DNA of 64,000 nucleotides from Escherichia coli (GTDB taxonomy: Bacteria > Pseudomonadota > Gammaproteobacteria > Enterobacterales > Enterobacteriaceae), in the NCBI RefSeq assembly GCF_003334355.1, contig NZ_QOWP01000005.1; one strand, given 5' to 3'. Made by a program: the position numbers and the translations under genes. The stretch's first letter is position 1; the number at the start of each line of letters is the position of its first letter. A model generated the notes under the pieces. That model saw nothing but the letters and a program-made list of their open reading frames with translations. It was not told where the DNA came from and did no database searches. Positions 60,872-64,000 of the stretch are shown here, piece by piece.

Positions 60872-62722
60872 TTAAACCTCGTCCACGAAATGGCCTTTCA
60901 GCGCACGACGAACCGACTGGTCCATGCGGCGAGCGGCGAAATCCTGGGTTTGTTTGTCTACGTTTTTAATCGCTTGTTCGATGGCGTCAACATCATCGCC
61001 CTGCGCCACTTCACTCAGGTGAGCGGCAGCATCGTCAATGACCTGACGTTCTGCGGCGCTTAACAGCGCGGCATCAGCAGCCAGCGCGCCGTGCAGACTT
61101 TCCAGCACACGCGCCGCTTCTACTTTTTGTTCTGCCAGCATTCGGGCTTTTACGTCCTGCTCGGCATAGCTCATTGAGTCTTTGATCATCGAAGCGATTT
61201 CGCTATCGGTCAGACCGTAAGACGGTTTGACCTGAATAGACGCCTCAACGCCGGTGGATTTCTCCATCGCCGTCACGCTCAAAAGACCGTCGGCATCGAC
61301 CTGGAACGTCACGCGAATATGCGCACCGCCAGCCGGTAGCGCCGGAATACCACGCAGCGCAAAACGCGCCAGTGAGCGGCAGTCCTGCACCAGTTCGCGC
61401 TCACCCTGCATTACATGGATAGACATCGCCGTCTGACCATCTTTAAAGGTGGTGAAATCCTGAGCGCGGGCCACCGGAATAGTGGTATTACGCGGAATCA
61501 CTTTCTCCACCAGGCCGCCCATCGTTTCGAGGCCCAGCGACAGTGGGATCACATCAAGCAACAGCATTTCGCTGTCTGGCTTGTTACCCACCAGAATATC
61601 CGCCTGAATCGCCGCGCCAATAGCGACGACTTTATCCGGGTCGATGGAAGTCAGCGGTGGACGACCGAAAAATTCGCCTACCCGTTCACGCACCAGCGGC
61701 ACGCGAGTAGAACCGCCCACCATCACCACTTCCAGCACTTCATCAGCTTCTACACCCGCGTCTTTCAGCGCGCGACGACAAGCCAGTAAGGTTCGTTTTA
61801 CCAGTGGCGCGATCAGTTCATTGAATTGTTCACGGCTGATTTCGCCCTGCCAGCCCGCAACGTTAACGGTCACGGAGTCCGCATCGCTCAGCGCGATTTT
61901 GGCTGCAATGGCGGCATCCAGCAGTTCACGCTGAACGCGGTTATCGCTACGATCAGGAATGCCCGCCTGCTCGCGAATGTAATCCGCCAGCAGATGGTCG
62001 AAATCATCGCCGCCGAGCGCGGAATCACCGCCGGTTGCCAGCACTTCAAACACGCCGCGACTTAAGCGCAGAATGGAAATATCAAACGTCCCGCCACCGA
62101 GGTCATAAACGGCGATCACGCCTTCCTGACCGGAATCCAGCCCGTAGGCGATAGCCGCAGCGGTCGGTTCGTTAAGTAAGCGCAGGACGTGAAGGCCCGC
62201 CAGACGCGCCGCGTCTTTGGTGCCCTGACGCTGGGCATCGTCAAAGTACGCCGGAACAGTGATAACTACACCATCCAGCTCGCCTGCCAGGGCTTCAGTT
62301 GCCCGCGCCGCCAGTGCTTTGAGGATGTCCGCAGAAACGCGCACCGGGTTCAGCAGCCCCGCCGCCGTTTCAATCATCGGCAGGCCGTTTTCGCTGGCCT
62401 GGAATTGATAAGGCAGATGCGGATAGCGTTGCTGGATATCAGCCAGCGAGCGTCCCATCAGGCGTTTAACAGAACTAATTGTGTTGGCGGTATCGAGCGC
62501 TGCATTAGTACGCGCGTCATAACCCACCGAATGCCCTTGCTGTTGATAGTGAACAACAGATGGCAGCAGGTGACGGCCTTCATGATCGGCTAACGTTTCG
62601 GCCTGACCGCTGCGCACTGTCGCCACCAGCGAGTTGGTTGTGCCCAGGTCAATACCAGCCGCCAGACGACGCTGATGCGGCGCAGCACTCAAACCAGGTT
62701 CACTAATTTGTAATAAGGCCAT
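60872..62722 (-). CDS. hscA: Fe-S cluster biogenesis Hsp70-type chaperone HscA
   Basis: Track ORF 60872..62776; start at [31 protein letters not shown] gives 616 aa; Hsp70 signatures IDLGTTNS and DLGGGTFD. Confidence 0.95.
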   Translation of the reverse strand: MALLQISEPGLSAAPHQRRLAAGIDLGTTNSLVATVRSGQAETLADHEGRHLLPSVVHYQQQGHSVGYDARTNAALDTANTISSVKRLMGRSLADIQQRYPHLPYQFQASENGLPMIETAAGLLNPVRVSADILKALAARATEALAGELDGVVITVPAYFDDAQRQGTKDAARLAGLHVLRLLNEPTAAAIAYGLDSGQEGVIAVYDLGGGTFDISILRLSRGVFEVLATGGDSALGGDDFDHLLADYIREQAGIPDRSDNRVQRELLDAAIAAKIALSDADSVTVNVAGWQGEISREQFNELIAPLVKRTLLACRRALKDAGVEADEVLEVVMVGGSTRVPLVRERVGEFFGRPPLTSIDPDKVVAIGAAIQADILVGNKPDSEMLLLDVIPLSLGLETMGGLVEKVIPRNTTIPVARAQDFTTFKDGQTAMSIHVMQGERELVQDCRSLARFALRGIPALPAGGAHIRVTFQVDADGLLSVTAMEKSTGVEASIQVKPSYGLTDSEIASMIKDSMSYAEQDVKARMLAEQKVEAARVLESLHGALAADAALLSAAERQVIDDAAAHLSEVAQGDDVDAIEQAIKNVDKQTQDFAARRMDQSVRRALKGHFVDEV

Positions 62723-62738
62723 GTTTAGCTTCCAGAAA

Positions 62739-63254
62739 TTAAAAATCGAGCAGTTTTTCTTCGAGTTGTTCGGCACTGCTTCGCAGTTTATCGAGAAAAC
62801 GCAGCTTACGCACGGTATCCGCCGCCGCGTCCCACGTCTCGTTGTCTAACTGTTCAACCATCAACTGATGGCGGGTATCAAACATCTTTTTCACACGTTT
62901 GATAAAGCTTTCCAGCCGCGCTTCATCTTTCGCCTGTTCGATCTCGTCCAGCTCTTCGCGCAGCTCCAACTGTTCCATCAGGAACGCGGTGTCGCGCACA
63001 GTATGCTGCTCGCTGGCGAGATCAAAGCCGTGCAAAGAAAGCAAATATTCCGCGCGCATTAACGGATGACGCAGCGTTTGCCAGGCCTGGTTAATGGTTG
63101 CAGATTGCTGTACGGCGGCGAGTTGTTCCGCCTGGCTTCCGCTGGCGAATTTATCAGGATGATACTGACGTTGTAGATCCTGAAAACGCAGGCTCAGCGC
63201 CTGGGTATCGAGTTGATAGCGGGCAGGCAAGCCAAAGAGGGTGAAGTAATCCAT
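62739..63254 (-). CDS. hscB: Fe-S cluster co-chaperone HscB (J-domain protein)
   Basis: 171-aa [39 protein letters not shown]... (J-domain HPD motif). Confidence 0.95.
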   Translation of the reverse strand: MDYFTLFGLPARYQLDTQALSLRFQDLQRQYHPDKFASGSQAEQLAAVQQSATINQAWQTLRHPLMRAEYLLSLHGFDLASEQHTVRDTAFLMEQLELREELDEIEQAKDEARLESFIKRVKKMFDTRHQLMVEQLDNETWDAAADTVRKLRFLDKLRSSAEQLEEKLLDF

Positions 63255-63349
63255 AACATTCTCAGGGCTGCGATCCGCCGCGATAACGGCGAATCAGGTA
63301 AAACAAACCCCACGCGCAGGCGACCACGGTGGGGTTATCGGTATGCGCA

Positions 63350-63673
63350 TCAAACGTGGAAGCTTTCGCCGCAACCACACTCATCTTTGACATTCGGGTT
63401 GGTGAATTTAAACCCTTCGTTCAGGCCTTCTTTTACGAAGTCCAGCTGCGTACCGTCCAGAAATTGCAGGCTCTTGCCATCGACCACGACTTTCACGCCT
63501 TTGTCTTCAAACACGATGTCTTCCGGCGTCGGTTCGTCAACAAATTCCAGTACATAAGCCATACCTGAACACCCGGAGGTTCTCACGCCCAGACGCAGGC
63601 CAAACCCTTTACCGCGGTTAGCCAGAAAGGTATTTACTCGCGCTGCTGCACTGTCGCTCAGTGTAATCGACAT
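63350..63673 (-). CDS. iscA: Iron-sulfur cluster insertion protein IscA (A-type carrier)
   Basis: Track ORF 63350..63679; start at [23 protein letters not shown] gives 107 aa; C-terminal CGCGESF motif. Confidence 0.95.
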   Translation of the reverse strand: MSITLSDSAAARVNTFLANRGKGFGLRLGVRTSGCSGMAYVLEFVDEPTPEDIVFEDKGVKVVVDGKSLQFLDGTQLDFVKEGLNEGFKFTNPNVKDECGCGESFHV

Positions 63674-63689
63674 AACCAAACCTCAACTC

Positions 63690-64000
63690 TTATTTTGCTT
63701 CACGTTTGCTTTTATAGTCCGCAATGGCGGCTTTGATCGCGTCTTCTGCCAGAATAGAACAGTGAATTTTCACCGGCGGCAGTTCAAGTTCTTCAGCAAT
63801 ATCGGTGTTTTTGATCGCCTGCGCTTCGTCGAGAGACTTCCCTTTCACCCATTCGGTGACCAGGGAGCTGGAAGCGATAGCGGAACCGCAGCCGTAAGTT
63901 TTAAAACGCGCGTCTTCAATGATACCTTCATCGTTGACTTTAATCTGCAACTTCATCACGTCGCCACAGGCCGGTGCACCCACCATGCCGCTGCCGACGT
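63690..64000 (-). CDS. iscU: Fe-S cluster scaffold IscU, partial (5' end beyond the window)
   Basis: Reverse-strand ORF open to the window end; ...GAPACGDVMKLQIKVNDEGIIEDARFKTYGCGSAIASSSLVTEWVKGKSL...PPVKIHCSILAEDAIKAAIADYKSKREAK* is the C-terminal part of IscU with the conserved Cys residues. Confidence 0.93.
   Translation of the reverse strand, partial: VGSGMVGAPACGDVMKLQIKVNDEGIIEDARFKTYGCGSAIASSSLVTEWVKGKSLDEAQAIKNTDIAEELELPPVKIHCSILAEDAIKAAIADYKSKREAK

Overview
This window reads as an ordinary enterobacterial (Escherichia coli-type) core-chromosome segment, gene-for-gene colinear with the E. coli K-12 purC-to-isc region. I found no integrase, transposase, phage, CRISPR or defence-island signatures, and no convincing novel multi-gene system. 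Gene order is: ypfJ' (partial) / purC / bamC-dapA / gcvR-bcp / the twelve-gene hydrogenase-4 locus hyfABCDEFGHIJ-hyfR-focB / perM / bepA-yfgD / hda-uraA-upp / purMN / ppk-ppx / pdeF / yfgG-yfgH-yfgI / guaBA / xseA / yfgJ / der-bamB-yfgM-hisS-ispG-rodZ-rlmN / ndk / pbpC-yfhM / sseA / a RyfA-like sRNA region / sseB-pepB / iscX-fdx-hscBA-iscA-iscU' (partial). Gene names come from my recognition of the translated proteins and their motifs; no database search was run. The observations most worth a second look are: (1) single-base frame breaks at homopolymer runs in hyfC and hyfD, which are either real inactivation of hydrogenase-4 or sequencing error; (2) the 817-bp sseA-sseB intergenic region, which holds a tandemly duplicated, terminator-flanked sRNA-like unit plus a 41-codon hydrophobic ORF, resembling a type I toxin-antitoxin locus of the RyfA/TimP kind; (3) an AT-rich patch around yfgG-yfgH. 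Everything else is housekeeping with recognisable regulatory sites (PurR boxes, a sigma-54 promoter, REP elements, intrinsic terminators).
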